A DNA stretch of 38,132 nt from a virus (IMGVR_UViG_3300027908_000014:1-38132), one strand, 5' to 3'. Shown: positions 8,390-18,205, numbered from the stretch's first letter. The notes: generated by a model from the sequence alone, not told the origin. A program made the numbers and translations.

Positions 8390-8582
8390 CCTCCAGCATC
8401 AGCCAGATCACCGTGGCGTCCTGTAGGGCGTCAGAGCGGTTGGTGATCCCGTTGGGCTTCGTGGCGATCCGAGCGTCGAGCAACTCGGCCACCGCTTCGG
8501 AGACTCGGAACGAGAGGGTCACCGCCGCCGGTCCCTGATTGGGGAACTGCTTGCGGGTGTAGCGCCGTCGTTCTGCTCCCAT
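8370..8582 (-). CDS. Ribbon-helix-helix (Arc/CopG-like) DNA-binding protein (70 aa from ATG 8582; track start GTG 8621 also possible)
   Basis: RHH-type strand-helix pattern (AAVTLSFRVSEAVAELLDARI). ATG 8582 lies 6 nt after a TACACT -10, which fits a leaderless mRNA. Confidence 0.6.
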   Translation of the reverse strand: MGAERRRYTRKQFPNQGPAAVTLSFRVSEAVAELLDARIATKPNGITNRSDALQDATVIWLMLEDENGAE

Positions 8583-8588
8583 GAGCGG

Positions 8589-8617
8589 AGTGTATACACG
8601 GAGGGCCGAGCGCGCAA
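8589..8617 (-). promoter_or_regulatory. Candidate internal promoter plus operator for the RHH cassette (-35 TTGCGC, 17 bp, -10 TACACT, 6 nt, ATG)
   Basis: Hexamers read on the minus strand. The -10 lies inside the perfect 10-bp palindrome GTGTATACAC (8590..8599), which is flanked by direct CGGAG repeats. Confidence 0.4.
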
Positions 8618-8620
8618 ACA

Positions 8621-11600
8621 CTACCAGTCGGCAGGGGTCGGCGGCGGCAGTAACGACTCGATGGGGGCGACCCCGGGGGTCGCTGCCTGGGCCTGAGCGT
8701 AAAGCTGGGAGAGGGCGGCGGGCGTGATCTCGTATGCAGGGTTGAGGGGATTGGGCACCGTCGAGTACCCCTTGAGGCTGGAGAAGTCCCCGGAGGAGAA
8801 GGCATTGTATGCGGCCGTCTTGGCCGTCTCGTACCGGGCGGCCTCGTCCCGGGCGGCGATCTGCTTGAGGTTGATCGGCGGGTTGACGAAGGGGATGTTC
8901 ATGGCCGAGAGCATCTGCTTGATGGCCGCCGAGCGGTCAGTGTTCCACGTGGAACGTACCCCGCCGATGGCACTGAGGGCCTCGGTGGCGGCCCCGAGTT
9001 GAGGGACGAACTGGGAGAGGCCGGTGATGGCGTTGCCCTGGGGGCCAGCCTGCTCGGTGCCGTAGAAATCGTTGTACGTGACGCTCGGGTAGAGGGTGTT
9101 GGCCCCGAACACGGCCTCGGGGTTGACCATAGCGAATGGAGCGATGATGGCCGGGTTGAGGGCCTCCATGAAGCCGGTCAGGCTGGCGTAGTTGGCCACG
9201 TCACGGAACGGGTCGAGGGCTCGGATGTCCACCGCGTTGACGTTGCCCTGGGAGTCAGGGGAACCCAGCATGAAGAGAAGTTGGATTCGGATCGGGTAGG
9301 CCGCCGGCACCGCCTGGCTGGCGTTGAAAGCCATCTGGCTGAGCACCAGTGAGCGCCAGGGGTGGTCGAACGGGAAGGTCATCACGTAGCCCAAAATGTG
9401 CTTCTGCCAGCCGTAGAAGGGCATGATCGACTGGGCGATCTGGCGCTCGAAGGGGGACATCCGCCCGAGGTTGCCGAACACCTCGTTGACGTGGTGCATC
9501 CCCTCGACCAGCGCCCGATCACTGGAGAGGTCGAGAGTCTTGCCGGTGACCGCATCCTCAACCGACACCCGGGCCGAGCGGCGCTCGACCTTGGCGGCGG
9601 CGTCCATGTAGGCCACAGCGGACTGCAGGTCACGCACGTAGCGGGTGAAACGAAAGTTGAGGTCGGCCAGGGCACGGACGTAGTGGAAGGGCTTAGCGGC
9701 CCCCCGGGCGACCTTTTGGACCACCTCAATGTGCTCGTTGACCCCCATCTTGAGCAGATCCTTGCCACCCTCGGTCTGGAATAGGCGCACCACCGAGTCA
9801 TCGAATCCCTCCTCGACGGCGTGCCGACCACCGACGATCTCAGGCAGGGTGCCGTCGCGCAGCGCCCGAGCGGCGTCCCCGAGCATGGTGGCGGCATACG
9901 GGGTCGAGCGCAGCGCGAGCATCATGGTCGCCCCGAAGAGGATGTGGGCGGTATAGCGCGGCGAGAGGCCGAGGATCGAGTACCGGAAGATCTTGTTGGA
10001 CACCCCGAGGGCTTTCATCCCCCGGCCACGCTCGGCGTTGAGTTGCTTGAGGGCGTTGACGATGGGGGTGGGGAGGTACACCTCGTCCTTGCCCCAGCGG
10101 GGCAGCCGGAAGCCGAAGATGGCCTCGGGGTCGAACGCCGAGAGGCCCAGCTGCTTGACCGTGGTCGAGAGGTACTCATGGGGGAGGTTCCCGCCCGTCG
10201 CCCGGTCCTCAGGCCGGAAAACTTTATCTATGAAATCGTTAACCTGTGTCCTGGTCATTGTCATCGGTTTCAGGTAATGCTCTGCCAGGTCGATGGTGGC
10301 GTCACGCTGGAGGGCCTGGACCACGGCCTTGTTGATCCCGAGGGCGAAGTCGCCCTTTTGCGGGGTCAGATCCCATGCCCGGGCCTTGGCCATGTCGGGC
10401 TTGGGGATGCCGTGGCCGATAATCGGGGCCATCGAGTCCCGCCCGAGGCGGGTGTCGAGGTCAGTGGCGACGGGGATGTACTCGATCCGCATGCCGCGGG
10501 CGAGGAGGATCTGGAGCTCGGCCTTGGCTGACTTGGTGGCGTCCTTGACCGCCTGGCGGGCGTCGGCGGCCACCTCGGGGGTGATGGTCGGCTGCATAAA
10601 GATGTCGTTGAAGCGGGCGGTCATGTACTCGATCATGAGCTGAGGGTCGCGGCGGATGGCGGCGATCCGCTCGGTCCCCATCCCGGCCTCTTGCATCCGC
10701 CGCACGGTGGCCTCGATCATGGCCGCCGAGTGCTCATGGGCCATCAGGTGCTTCTCGTAGAGGACCGTGAAGGCGTCCCGGTACTCGTCCGAAGGATGGT
10801 CGGCCACGGCCTGGTGGAAGGCTTTGACGGTCTTGCCGAAGGCCAGGACGTGGGCCAGGGCCTCCCCCATGTCGTTCTTCTCGTCCTCGACCTTCTTGAG
10901 GAGCGCGGCCTTCTCGGCGTACTGCTTCTTGGTCAGTTTAAGCAGGTCACGGTCCCGCTCCAGCTTGGCCACCTTGGTCGCGTTGAGGAAGTCCCGCCGG
11001 GCACCGGCCACCGAGACGGTCACGTTGTGCTTGACCCGGGCGATCTCGCTCCGGACCTTGGGCATGATCTGGTCACGCAACACCTTGGCCGTCGCTCGTT
11101 GGGCTTCTCGCTCGCCGTCGTCCTCGATCATGCCAATCATCCACGTCAGGTGGTCGCTGTAGGTCTGCGTGCGGGCGGCAAAGGAGCCCCGGGCCTTGGT
11201 CAACTTGGCCTGATACCCCTCGTTGAGGGTGTCACGCTCGGCGGTCTGGCGCTCCTTGAGGCGGTCCATCAGCATGGAGCCGTACTCGCCCCGGGCGTTG
11301 CGCAGGCCCCGCTGGACGTCAGCCTCGCCGTGAATGGCCCGGTCGACGTCGTTGGCCTCTTGAATGTACCGCTGTGCCCACTGTTCCATCGAGTCGACGG
11401 TCTGTGCCAGGGCGGTCAGTTGGGGGTACTGGGCGGCCATCTCGGCGGCGTCGATGGACTTGGGACCCCATTTGGAGAGGCGCGACTTCATGGCCCGGGA
11501 CAGGTGCAGGATCTGGTGGGGGTCGTGGTTCTTGCGGATCTGGTCGAGCACCTGGTCGGCCAGCCCCCCCTCCCCCACCACGGCCTGGACCTGGCGGGAC

Positions 11601-13003
11601 TTGGAGATCCCGCGCGAGGTGTGGAAGCGGGTCGGCTTGGAGAGATCCTGGGTGGCGTTGCCGGTCACGTGGTCCTCGGCCACGGCCCGCCGGACCGCGA
11701 TGAGTCGATCAGCGAACTGCTTGGTCCCAGCCACCAGCGCCTTGTCCAGAGCCGCCACAGCCTGGGCGTGGGGGGCCAGGCGGACCAACTGGTCCAGCGC
11801 CCCCTTGTGTGCGGTGTCCCGAGCCGCCTTGGCGGCCAGCACCGAGAGGGTAGAGCGGTCAGTGGCCGAGTAGGTGGCTGTGCGCCCGTCCAGCGTCTCG
11901 ATGGGCCGCAGGTGCGAGTTGAAGATCGACTCCTCGGTGGCGAAGCGCAGAGGGCCGTTGAGGGACAGGTTGATGGCTTCCTTGACACGGGGGTCGGCGG
12001 CGGGATCGTCCATGATCTTGCGGATCATCGCCCCCTGGTCGAGGTTCCGGCTGGACAGCACCTCGCGGATCTGCGCCCGCTGCTCAAGACTGAGGTCACC
12101 GAGCGCACTGGAGAGGCCGTCCATCAGCCAGGCGTAGTCGGTCGAGCGCAACGAGCCGGCCAGGTTGTACGCCTCGCCCAGTGAGGACAGCGCGGGGCCG
12201 ACGCCAGCCCCACCGGGACCGATCGAAGCCGCCATGTTCTTGATGACGTCGGACACGCTCAGGTTCTCGCTCAGCACACTCTCGGTGGTGACCCCGGTCT
12301 TGCCGGTCTTGATCCCACCGACCGCCTGGGCCAACCGGGTGGCCACCCCTTGGTCGGCACCGTGCGCCGCCAGCTTGGCCGCCAGATCACGCCCCGAGTC
12401 GCCCAGGAGCCCCCTGGCCCCAGCCTTCTCCAGCAACCCCCCCTCACCAGGCATGACGTCAAGCACCGAGATCAGGGGGTGCTCAAGCAGGGCATCGAGG
12501 CCCGAGTCACCGCCGAGAGTCGGGTCAGCTTCAAGCACGTCCCCGACGTCAGCCGCCCCGGGCAGATACGACAGGAGGGTGTGGGTCAGCCAGTTGCCGA
12601 TGGTGCCCCCGAGGCCCTTGCCGTCGAGGGAACCGGGGTGGATCACCCCGTCGAAGGTGGCCTGGGTCGAGTCCCACAGTTGCTTCTCGAACGAGCCGGT
12701 GAAGATCCCGGCGATACCAGTGGCGATCTTGCCCGCGTCCGAGACAGTGTTGCCCAGCACGTTGGACGGGTTCGGGTTGTCGGTCGGGGCCGAGGTGACG
12801 TCGTTGGGGTTGTGGGCGGCCAGGATCTCCAGGTTGCGCTCGACCTGGGACATCGGGTACTCGCCGTTCTTGATGCGGGTGACATCGAGTTGGTAGACCG
12901 GCAGGTACGACGAGGCCGAGATGCCCTGTGACTGTGCCCAGGCCACCGCCTTGGACCAGTCTGAGTTGAACTCGTCCTCAGTCGAGCGGGGTGTTTCGGG
13001 CAT
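8621..13003 (-). CDS. Very large virion protein (1460 aa), candidate internal/ejection protein
   Basis: Longest ORF. It lies after two other large low-complexity virion proteins and before the fibres (T7 gp16 / P22 gp16 position). It has a long helical, charged middle and hydrophobic segments near residue ~1000. I recognise no catalytic motif. Confidence 0.6.
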   Translation of the reverse strand: MPETPRSTEDEFNSDWSKAVAWAQSQGISASSYLPVYQLDVTRIKNGEYPMSQVERNLEILAAHNPNDVTSAPTDNPNPSNVLGNTVSDAGKIATGIAGIFTGSFEKQLWDSTQATFDGVIHPGSLDGKGLGGTIGNWLTHTLLSYLPGAADVGDVLEADPTLGGDSGLDALLEHPLISVLDVMPGEGGLLEKAGARGLLGDSGRDLAAKLAAHGADQGVATRLAQAVGGIKTGKTGVTTESVLSENLSVSDVIKNMAASIGPGGAGVGPALSSLGEAYNLAGSLRSTDYAWLMDGLSSALGDLSLEQRAQIREVLSSRNLDQGAMIRKIMDDPAADPRVKEAINLSLNGPLRFATEESIFNSHLRPIETLDGRTATYSATDRSTLSVLAAKAARDTAHKGALDQLVRLAPHAQAVAALDKALVAGTKQFADRLIAVRRAVAEDHVTGNATQDLSKPTRFHTSRGISKSRQVQAVVGEGGLADQVLDQIRKNHDPHQILHLSRAMKSRLSKWGPKSIDAAEMAAQYPQLTALAQTVDSMEQWAQRYIQEANDVDRAIHGEADVQRGLRNARGEYGSMLMDRLKERQTAERDTLNEGYQAKLTKARGSFAARTQTYSDHLTWMIGMIEDDGEREAQRATAKVLRDQIMPKVRSEIARVKHNVTVSVAGARRDFLNATKVAKLERDRDLLKLTKKQYAEKAALLKKVEDEKNDMGEALAHVLAFGKTVKAFHQAVADHPSDEYRDAFTVLYEKHLMAHEHSAAMIEATVRRMQEAGMGTERIAAIRRDPQLMIEYMTARFNDIFMQPTITPEVAADARQAVKDATKSAKAELQILLARGMRIEYIPVATDLDTRLGRDSMAPIIGHGIPKPDMAKARAWDLTPQKGDFALGINKAVVQALQRDATIDLAEHYLKPMTMTRTQVNDFIDKVFRPEDRATGGNLPHEYLSTTVKQLGLSAFDPEAIFGFRLPRWGKDEVYLPTPIVNALKQLNAERGRGMKALGVSNKIFRYSILGLSPRYTAHILFGATMMLALRSTPYAATMLGDAARALRDGTLPEIVGGRHAVEEGFDDSVVRLFQTEGGKDLLKMGVNEHIEVVQKVARGAAKPFHYVRALADLNFRFTRYVRDLQSAVAYMDAAAKVERRSARVSVEDAVTGKTLDLSSDRALVEGMHHVNEVFGNLGRMSPFERQIAQSIMPFYGWQKHILGYVMTFPFDHPWRSLVLSQMAFNASQAVPAAYPIRIQLLFMLGSPDSQGNVNAVDIRALDPFRDVANYASLTGFMEALNPAIIAPFAMVNPEAVFGANTLYPSVTYNDFYGTEQAGPQGNAITGLSQFVPQLGAATEALSAIGGVRSTWNTDRSAAIKQMLSAMNIPFVNPPINLKQIAARDEAARYETAKTAAYNAFSSGDFSSLKGYSTVPNPLNPAYEITPAALSQLYAQAQAATPGVAPIESLLPPPTPADW

Positions 13004-13006
13004 GGG

Positions 13007-14044
13007 CTAGCTGCCCGCCGACACGCCAGCACTCGGGATGGTGCCCCCCTGGGCCAGCGCCGATGATGCCGTGGCGGCCGAAGCCCCCTTGGGGATGGTC
13101 ACCTGCCCACCCTTGACCTGGAGGTCGGTAAGGGGTTCGAGCCCTTGAGTCGAGCCACCGTAGCCACCAGACTGCTCTAGGGCTTCGACCACCCCGGCGG
13201 GGATCGAACCAACCGAGGCGGTCGGGATCTCGCCGTAGTAGGAGAGGTTGGACGTGATGTGGCTGGCCAGCGCGGTCAGCCAGGCCGACTCGGGCGCGGT
13301 CGACACCTCCAGCTCGTTGGCCTGCCCATAAGCGGCCAGGGCTTTGGTGATCGGGCCAGCGGACGCGGCGTACTGCTTGCCATACGCCTGCTCGGCGGCG
13401 GTCACCGGAGCGGCCCCGGCGGTGCCCGCGTTGACCTGTGACTGGAGCCAACCCTGGCCCGCCCCGCCGATGGAACTGGTCCCGACCTCAGCGAGAGCCT
13501 GGTTGACCGCAGAGTTCTCGGCGGCGGGTCCGGTCGACCCCGAGACGGCGGCGATGGTCGGGGTTAGGGCGGACTCGTACTCCTTGATGACCCCCTCGGA
13601 CAGCTTGGACCACGGCCCACCAGCGATCTCGGATTCGATCTGCTTGGTTTCCTTCGCCTGGTCCTTGGCCGAACTGGCCGACTTGGCCGACTTGGGATCG
13701 GCCGCGGCAGCGTCGACCTGCTTGACCGTGCCCGGCGAGAAGTCCGGGGCCGAGTCGGGCGACACCACATAGGACTTGATCTGGTCGGCCTTCTGCTTGG
13801 GCGAGAGCTTCTGCCACTGCTCAGCCGAGTAGCCGTAGAACTGCTCAGCTCCCTCGCGCAACGACGCCTGGGACGGGGCCACACCGGCGTCGTTAGACAT
13901 GGTGGCAGCGACCTGGCTCAACGACATGTTGATGCCCGCGCTGTTCACCTCGCTCTCGTACTTCTCGGCGGCCTGGTGCGCGCCATCCACGCTGGTGCCC
14001 AGTTGCTTGGCCAGCTTGTCCCAATCAATCGAGGTGTCGGTCAC
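13007..14044 (-). CDS. Virion protein, candidate ejection/internal protein (345 aa)
   Basis: Track ORF with a GTG start after GGGAGGG. Ala/Ser/Gly/Gln-rich. Call is by position. Confidence 0.55.
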   Translation of the reverse strand: MTDTSIDWDKLAKQLGTSVDGAHQAAEKYESEVNSAGINMSLSQVAATMSNDAGVAPSQASLREGAEQFYGYSAEQWQKLSPKQKADQIKSYVVSPDSAPDFSPGTVKQVDAAAADPKSAKSASSAKDQAKETKQIESEIAGGPWSKLSEGVIKEYESALTPTIAAVSGSTGPAAENSAVNQALAEVGTSSIGGAGQGWLQSQVNAGTAGAAPVTAAEQAYGKQYAASAGPITKALAAYGQANELEVSTAPESAWLTALASHITSNLSYYGEIPTASVGSIPAGVVEALEQSGGYGGSTQGLEPLTDLQVKGGQVTIPKGASAATASSALAQGGTIPSAGVSAGS

Positions 14045-14045
14045 G

Positions 14046-14885
14046 TCACCCTCCCTGTCCGAAGTTGGCCCCGAGGCCGCCGATCAATGACGCCTGGGAA
14101 CCGAGCGCCGAGAGCTGCTGAGCTCCTTCCCCCTGGGCGCTAGTGATGGCGTTGAGGAACTGTTCGGGCTGGCCTGAGACGCCGAGCTGCTGCATCCCGA
14201 AACCGAGTTGGGCCGCCGCCTGCTGGGCGGTCAGCCCCTGGCTCTTGGCCGCCAAGCCCAGTTGGGCCTCTTGGCTCGCTGTCTGCTGCTGCTGGCCCGC
14301 GTAGCCGACCTCTTCGGACTGTTGGCCGAGGGCGGCCAACTGCTGGGCACGGAAGATGTCAGCCTTCTGCCACCCGTACTCGGACGCCTGGGTCTGTTGG
14401 GCCTGGCCGTGGCCGGTGGTGTTGAGGGTGCCCGCGCCCGCGCCACTGCTCGACATCTGCTCCAGCGTGTTGGTGTTTTGAAGGGCCGCTTCTTGGAGCT
14501 GCTCGGGGTACTGGGTGGACGACACCCCGTAGGACTGTTGCTCAATGGCCTGCTGGGCCGCGTTGGTGGCCGCCGATTCGCCCAGGGCACCGGCCTGCAG
14601 GCCCAGCCCCTGCTCGCCCAGGAGGGCACCGGCCATGTCGAATCCGGCCGAGTTGGTCAGTTCGGCCCCCTGGACCGCCATGCCCGCCGAGTCGAGGCCG
14701 AGCTGCTGGGAGCCAAGGGCCGACGACAGGCCGTAGCCCGCGATGGTGGCGTCGTAGCCACCGGCCAGATCCCCAGCCACTTGGTTCTGCCACGACGGGC
14801 TGGCCTGGAGGCCCGCTGCCGCGGTGGTCCCCGGCGCGACCGGTTGCTGCAAGCTGCCTGCGCTGCCGCCCCCGACCTGTGGCAT
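14046..14885 (-). CDS. Gln/Ala/Gly-rich virion protein, candidate ejection/internal protein (279 aa)
   Basis: Start taken at ATG 14885 (MPQVGGGSAG), in a TAATG overlap with the upstream stop. Confidence 0.55.
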   Translation of the reverse strand: MPQVGGGSAGSLQQPVAPGTTAAAGLQASPSWQNQVAGDLAGGYDATIAGYGLSSALGSQQLGLDSAGMAVQGAELTNSAGFDMAGALLGEQGLGLQAGALGESAATNAAQQAIEQQSYGVSSTQYPEQLQEAALQNTNTLEQMSSSGAGAGTLNTTGHGQAQQTQASEYGWQKADIFRAQQLAALGQQSEEVGYAGQQQQTASQEAQLGLAAKSQGLTAQQAAAQLGFGMQQLGVSGQPEQFLNAITSAQGEGAQQLSALGSQASLIGGLGANFGQGG

Positions 14886-15634
14886 TACCAGCCGTCCGAA
14901 CTGTCCGTATACGCGTAGACGGGCCACTGGGGATTGCCCGAAGTGAACTGGTCCCCTTGGTCAGTAAAGCGACTCGTCTTGTTGAACATGTTGATGAGCT
15001 GCATCGAGTACATGCCCATCGCCTCCTGCCACAGCGGGTCGCGGTCCCGGCGCTTGGCCTTGGCCACGGCGTACTCGTAGCAGATGTCCTCATACCCCGG
15101 GGTCAGGTCGAGCAGGTCGGTGTCGTTGACCGCCACCTGGGCCTGGCGGTAGTAGTAGAGGGTCAGGGTGCCGGTGGCTGCGATGACCGGGTAGGTGGCG
15201 AAGTACCACTGGCCGCCGGGGACACCGGTGTCATTCCAGAGGTAGAACGCCCGAGGGTAGGCGGCGGGCAGTTGGTGCAGGATGCCCCATATCTCGTCCA
15301 TCGTCTTGATGCCGTGGTACTCAAGGTTGTAGGTCTGATCCGAGTTGTCGATCGAATAATCAAGCCGGTGCACGCCGAGGAAGTCAGCCGGGACCATGTA
15401 GCTCTGCTGGCCCGCCACGGCGGGGATGGACGCCTGCATCCAGAGGCACTGGGCCTGCCGGCTGATGTCCTGCGCCCCCTGGTTGAGCCAGTTGTTGAGC
15501 ATGCTGTCGGTCCAAAACGCCGCCGCGTCCTCGTCAATGAGACTCCGCACCTCAGTGCGGGCGGCGGCGAGGGTGGTGGTCACGGTGTCATCGTACCCCT
15601 CTAGGCCCCGACGATCCGGTAGTTGATCGTGCAC
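14885..15634 (-). CDS. Virion structural protein, possible head-tail adaptor (249 aa; start uncertain)
   Basis: Track ORF. The call rests on position in the structural block and on a segment (FWTDSMLNNWLNQGAQDISRQ) that reminds me of adaptor proteins, which I cannot verify. No SD at GTG 15634. Confidence 0.45.
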   Translation of the reverse strand: MHDQLPDRRGLEGYDDTVTTTLAAARTEVRSLIDEDAAAFWTDSMLNNWLNQGAQDISRQAQCLWMQASIPAVAGQQSYMVPADFLGVHRLDYSIDNSDQTYNLEYHGIKTMDEIWGILHQLPAAYPRAFYLWNDTGVPGGQWYFATYPVIAATGTLTLYYYRQAQVAVNDTDLLDLTPGYEDICYEYAVAKAKRRDRDPLWQEAMGMYSMQLINMFNKTSRFTDQGDQFTSGNPQWPVYAYTDSSDGW

Positions 15635-16173
15635 GGGACGGCGTTGAGCAGCGACCCGCTGAGCTTGGCCACGAACTGGAGGGCGGTCAGGCTCGATCCA
15701 GACGGGTCAAAGGCCACCGAGTCGCTCTGGCTGGCGTCCCCGGGGAAGGCGACCACGCTGTAGCCGTAGGAGAACCCGGTGATGGCCAAGGTCACGAAGC
15801 CGAAGGTGGCGGTGGCCGTGCGAGAGCGCATGGCGTCGGTGAGGCGGGTGCCCGCAGGCGGGGCGGTCCCCACCTGGTAGTCGGTGGAGAGGTTGCCGGT
15901 GGTGGCGAGTTCGGCGTCGATGGTGACGATCTGCGCCTCGATGGCCGCCACGTCGGTCGAGAGGGTCGAGATGTCCGCGTTGATCGTGGTGATGTCGTTC
16001 TCGATGACCACGATGGCCGCCGCGTTCCCGCTGACCGAGCCGAGGGTGATCTTCGCCCAGTTCTCGATGGTCCGCGCGTCGGTCCCGTAGGAGTCGGCGG
16101 TCGGGCCGGCCGGGTTGGCCTTGTTGGGGATGAAGAGGGTGTTGCCAGCCCCGACGATGTTGGCCTTGGCCAT
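15601..16173 (-). CDS. Virion structural protein with a heptad-like segment (190 aa)
   Basis: Track ORF. It contains ENDITTINADISTLSTDVAAIEAQIVTIDAELA and has a 1-nt overlap with the upstream stop. Confidence 0.55.
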   Translation of the reverse strand: MAKANIVGAGNTLFIPNKANPAGPTADSYGTDARTIENWAKITLGSVSGNAAAIVVIENDITTINADISTLSTDVAAIEAQIVTIDAELATTGNLSTDYQVGTAPPAGTRLTDAMRSRTATATFGFVTLAITGFSYGYSVVAFPGDASQSDSVAFDPSGSSLTALQFVAKLSGSLLNAVPCTINYRIVGA

Positions 16174-17897
16174 CAGTTCGCGCTCGCCATCGACGCCACG
16201 ATGTTGTAACCGATATCGAGCGAGTGCAGGATCGGGGCCGAACCGGTGCTGTCACCGTTGATGGTGATCACGATGTCTTGTAGGCCGAGTGCCCCGATTC
16301 CGAAGTTGAAACGGAAAGTGGTCGGGTTCGGTCCGATGGTGGTGTCCGTGGTCTGCGATTCCGTCCCGACCGTCACGGTGGCGGTGGCAGTCGATCCATC
16401 GGGATTGGACAGGCGCACGATCACCTGGCGGACGTCGACCACCCGGTCGGCGGTAGGGACGACGTGGATGGGGAGCGACTGCCATTGCCAGTGGGTCGTC
16501 GGCACGGTGTTGTCGAACTTGTTGTACCACTGCCTGGTGCTGGCCGAAGTCTGGCTGAGGACCAGCGGGGCGGCGTACATCTCGTTGCCCGACCGGCCCT
16601 GTTTGAACCAGTAGAAGGTCAGCGGGAATAGTTCGGTGGAGGTCTGAGACTGGTTGGGGTAGAGGATCCACCACCCCCCGGTGTCGGGGTTGTAGAGGTA
16701 GTTGTTCGAGAACAGAATCCAGTCCTGCCAACGCTCGACCAGGAAGCCGTAGCCGGTGTCGGACACCACACCGCCGGTTGCTTGGGCGTTGAAGAAATCG
16801 TCGTCAAGCTGGGGGCTGATCTTTTGCGCAACGTTGCCGCCGTTCCATGACCACGCCCCCTCGTTTTGCGAGCAGTAGATAAGGCCAACGGTGGTCGAGC
16901 AGGCCAGACCCGAGAATCCCCCGGTCGACTGGACGCTCGGCAACGGGATGATGGACGACGGCGCGGCGATGTCGCCGTTGAGGACGACCGCCCCGCCGTA
17001 GTTCTTGATGAAGATCGCCTCCCCCACCGAGGTCGATCCCCATGCGCCGTAGCCGAAGGGGGACTCGGCGGCCAAGATGGTGTCGTTGGGGATATCGGCC
17101 CCGAAGTTGATCGGGTAGTCGTAGGACTGGGGCGGGTCGGTGTAGCCGATGTTCTCATTCGACACCACCCCTCCCCCAACCGGCCAGGTGGCCCCCTGGG
17201 GCTGCATGACCAGCACCCGGTTCCCGTAGCAGTAGATCGGGCCGGCAACGCCAGAGGAGCCCACGACCACGATGTCAGCGGGGGCGAAGGCGGACGGGTT
17301 GCCCGGGTTCGGGTAGACGTAGATGTGCCCATCGCCCCCATGCGAGTCGGTGGCTACCGCCCCTGGCCACACCAGGACCGGGGTCGGAAGAATGTAGCCC
17401 GACACCCCTTCGACCGGCTGGAGGGACATGCGGGTCCAGGAGGGGAACTCGGCCCCGAAGAACCCCGGGGTGGTGGTATTGGTGATGTTGAGGATGGAGT
17501 TGACCGTGTTGGTTTCAGCAATGACCGAATCGACCAGGTAGTAGTGGTTGGTGCCATTGTCGGCTTCGAGCATGATGACGAGCTCGGTGTCGCCGTTGGA
17601 CAGGATCGGGTTGACGGCGAAGCCGGTCACGTAGAGGTGGGTCGATCCGCCTGGGAAACTAGTGCCGTAACTCTCCTGCTGGGCCAGCGCGGGCAGTGGG
17701 CCAAGCGCCCCGCCGATGATGGAGGCGCAGGCGAAGGTGAACCCAGCGTTGGCCGCCCCGATGGGAGCCGAGATGATCGGCTCGGCGGTCGAGACATAGG
17801 ACGAGTCGAAGATGCCCGGCGAGAAGTCGTCAATGTGGACCCACGATTGGACCCGGGCGGTGTTGTCGTCGGCCGCCTGGATGATGGCGTTGGTCAT
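16173..17897 (-). CDS. Large virion structural protein, possible tail tube/nozzle (574 aa)
   Basis: Track ORF. Size and position resemble podovirus tail tubular protein B. I recognise no motif. Confidence 0.5.
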   Translation of the reverse strand: MTNAIIQAADDNTARVQSWVHIDDFSPGIFDSSYVSTAEPIISAPIGAANAGFTFACASIIGGALGPLPALAQQESYGTSFPGGSTHLYVTGFAVNPILSNGDTELVIMLEADNGTNHYYLVDSVIAETNTVNSILNITNTTTPGFFGAEFPSWTRMSLQPVEGVSGYILPTPVLVWPGAVATDSHGGDGHIYVYPNPGNPSAFAPADIVVVGSSGVAGPIYCYGNRVLVMQPQGATWPVGGGVVSNENIGYTDPPQSYDYPINFGADIPNDTILAAESPFGYGAWGSTSVGEAIFIKNYGGAVVLNGDIAAPSSIIPLPSVQSTGGFSGLACSTTVGLIYCSQNEGAWSWNGGNVAQKISPQLDDDFFNAQATGGVVSDTGYGFLVERWQDWILFSNNYLYNPDTGGWWILYPNQSQTSTELFPLTFYWFKQGRSGNEMYAAPLVLSQTSASTRQWYNKFDNTVPTTHWQWQSLPIHVVPTADRVVDVRQVIVRLSNPDGSTATATVTVGTESQTTDTTIGPNPTTFRFNFGIGALGLQDIVITINGDSTGSAPILHSLDIGYNIVASMASAN

Positions 17898-18205
17898 GCG
17901 GTCCTCGCTGCCAGGATGGCGGCCAGGGTGTCACGCTTGGCCCGGTAGCTCTCACAGAGGGACTGATCGAGGGTCACGACCTCGCGCAGCGCCCGGCAGC
18001 GCATCTCGCACTCGCGGTTCATGGCAGCGATGGACAGATCCTCATAGGGCAACTTCTGCCACTCGGTCCAGAACGACCGCTGGTAGGAACCCTCACTGAC
18101 CCCGACCTCTTCGATCTGGCGGGACAGGGCCTCGGTGGTGCGCTGGAGGAGGGTCATCAACTCCTCGATCGGCATGGTGCCCCAGTTGGGCGGGGCCTCG
18201 GGCAC
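17894..18205 (-). CDS. Hypothetical virion-module protein (103 aa)
   Basis: Track ORF with a GTG start and an ATGA overlap with the next gene. Confidence 0.55.
   Translation of the reverse strand: MPEAPPNWGTMPIEELMTLLQRTTEALSRQIEEVGVSEGSYQRSFWTEWQKLPYEDLSIAAMNRECEMRCRALREVVTLDQSLCESYRAKRDTLAAILAARTA

Noticed and set aside
10691-12184. 497-aa plus-strand ORF antisense to the 1460-aa gene. Similar long antisense ORFs occur at 26333..27775, 16866..17948, 9821..10531, 18322..19137 and 20793..21710.
   Set aside because: Their translations are Gly/Val/Arg/His/Leu-rich with no protein-like pattern. They have no SD and lie entirely inside well-supported minus-strand genes. Such ORFs are expected from stop-codon depletion in high-GC DNA.
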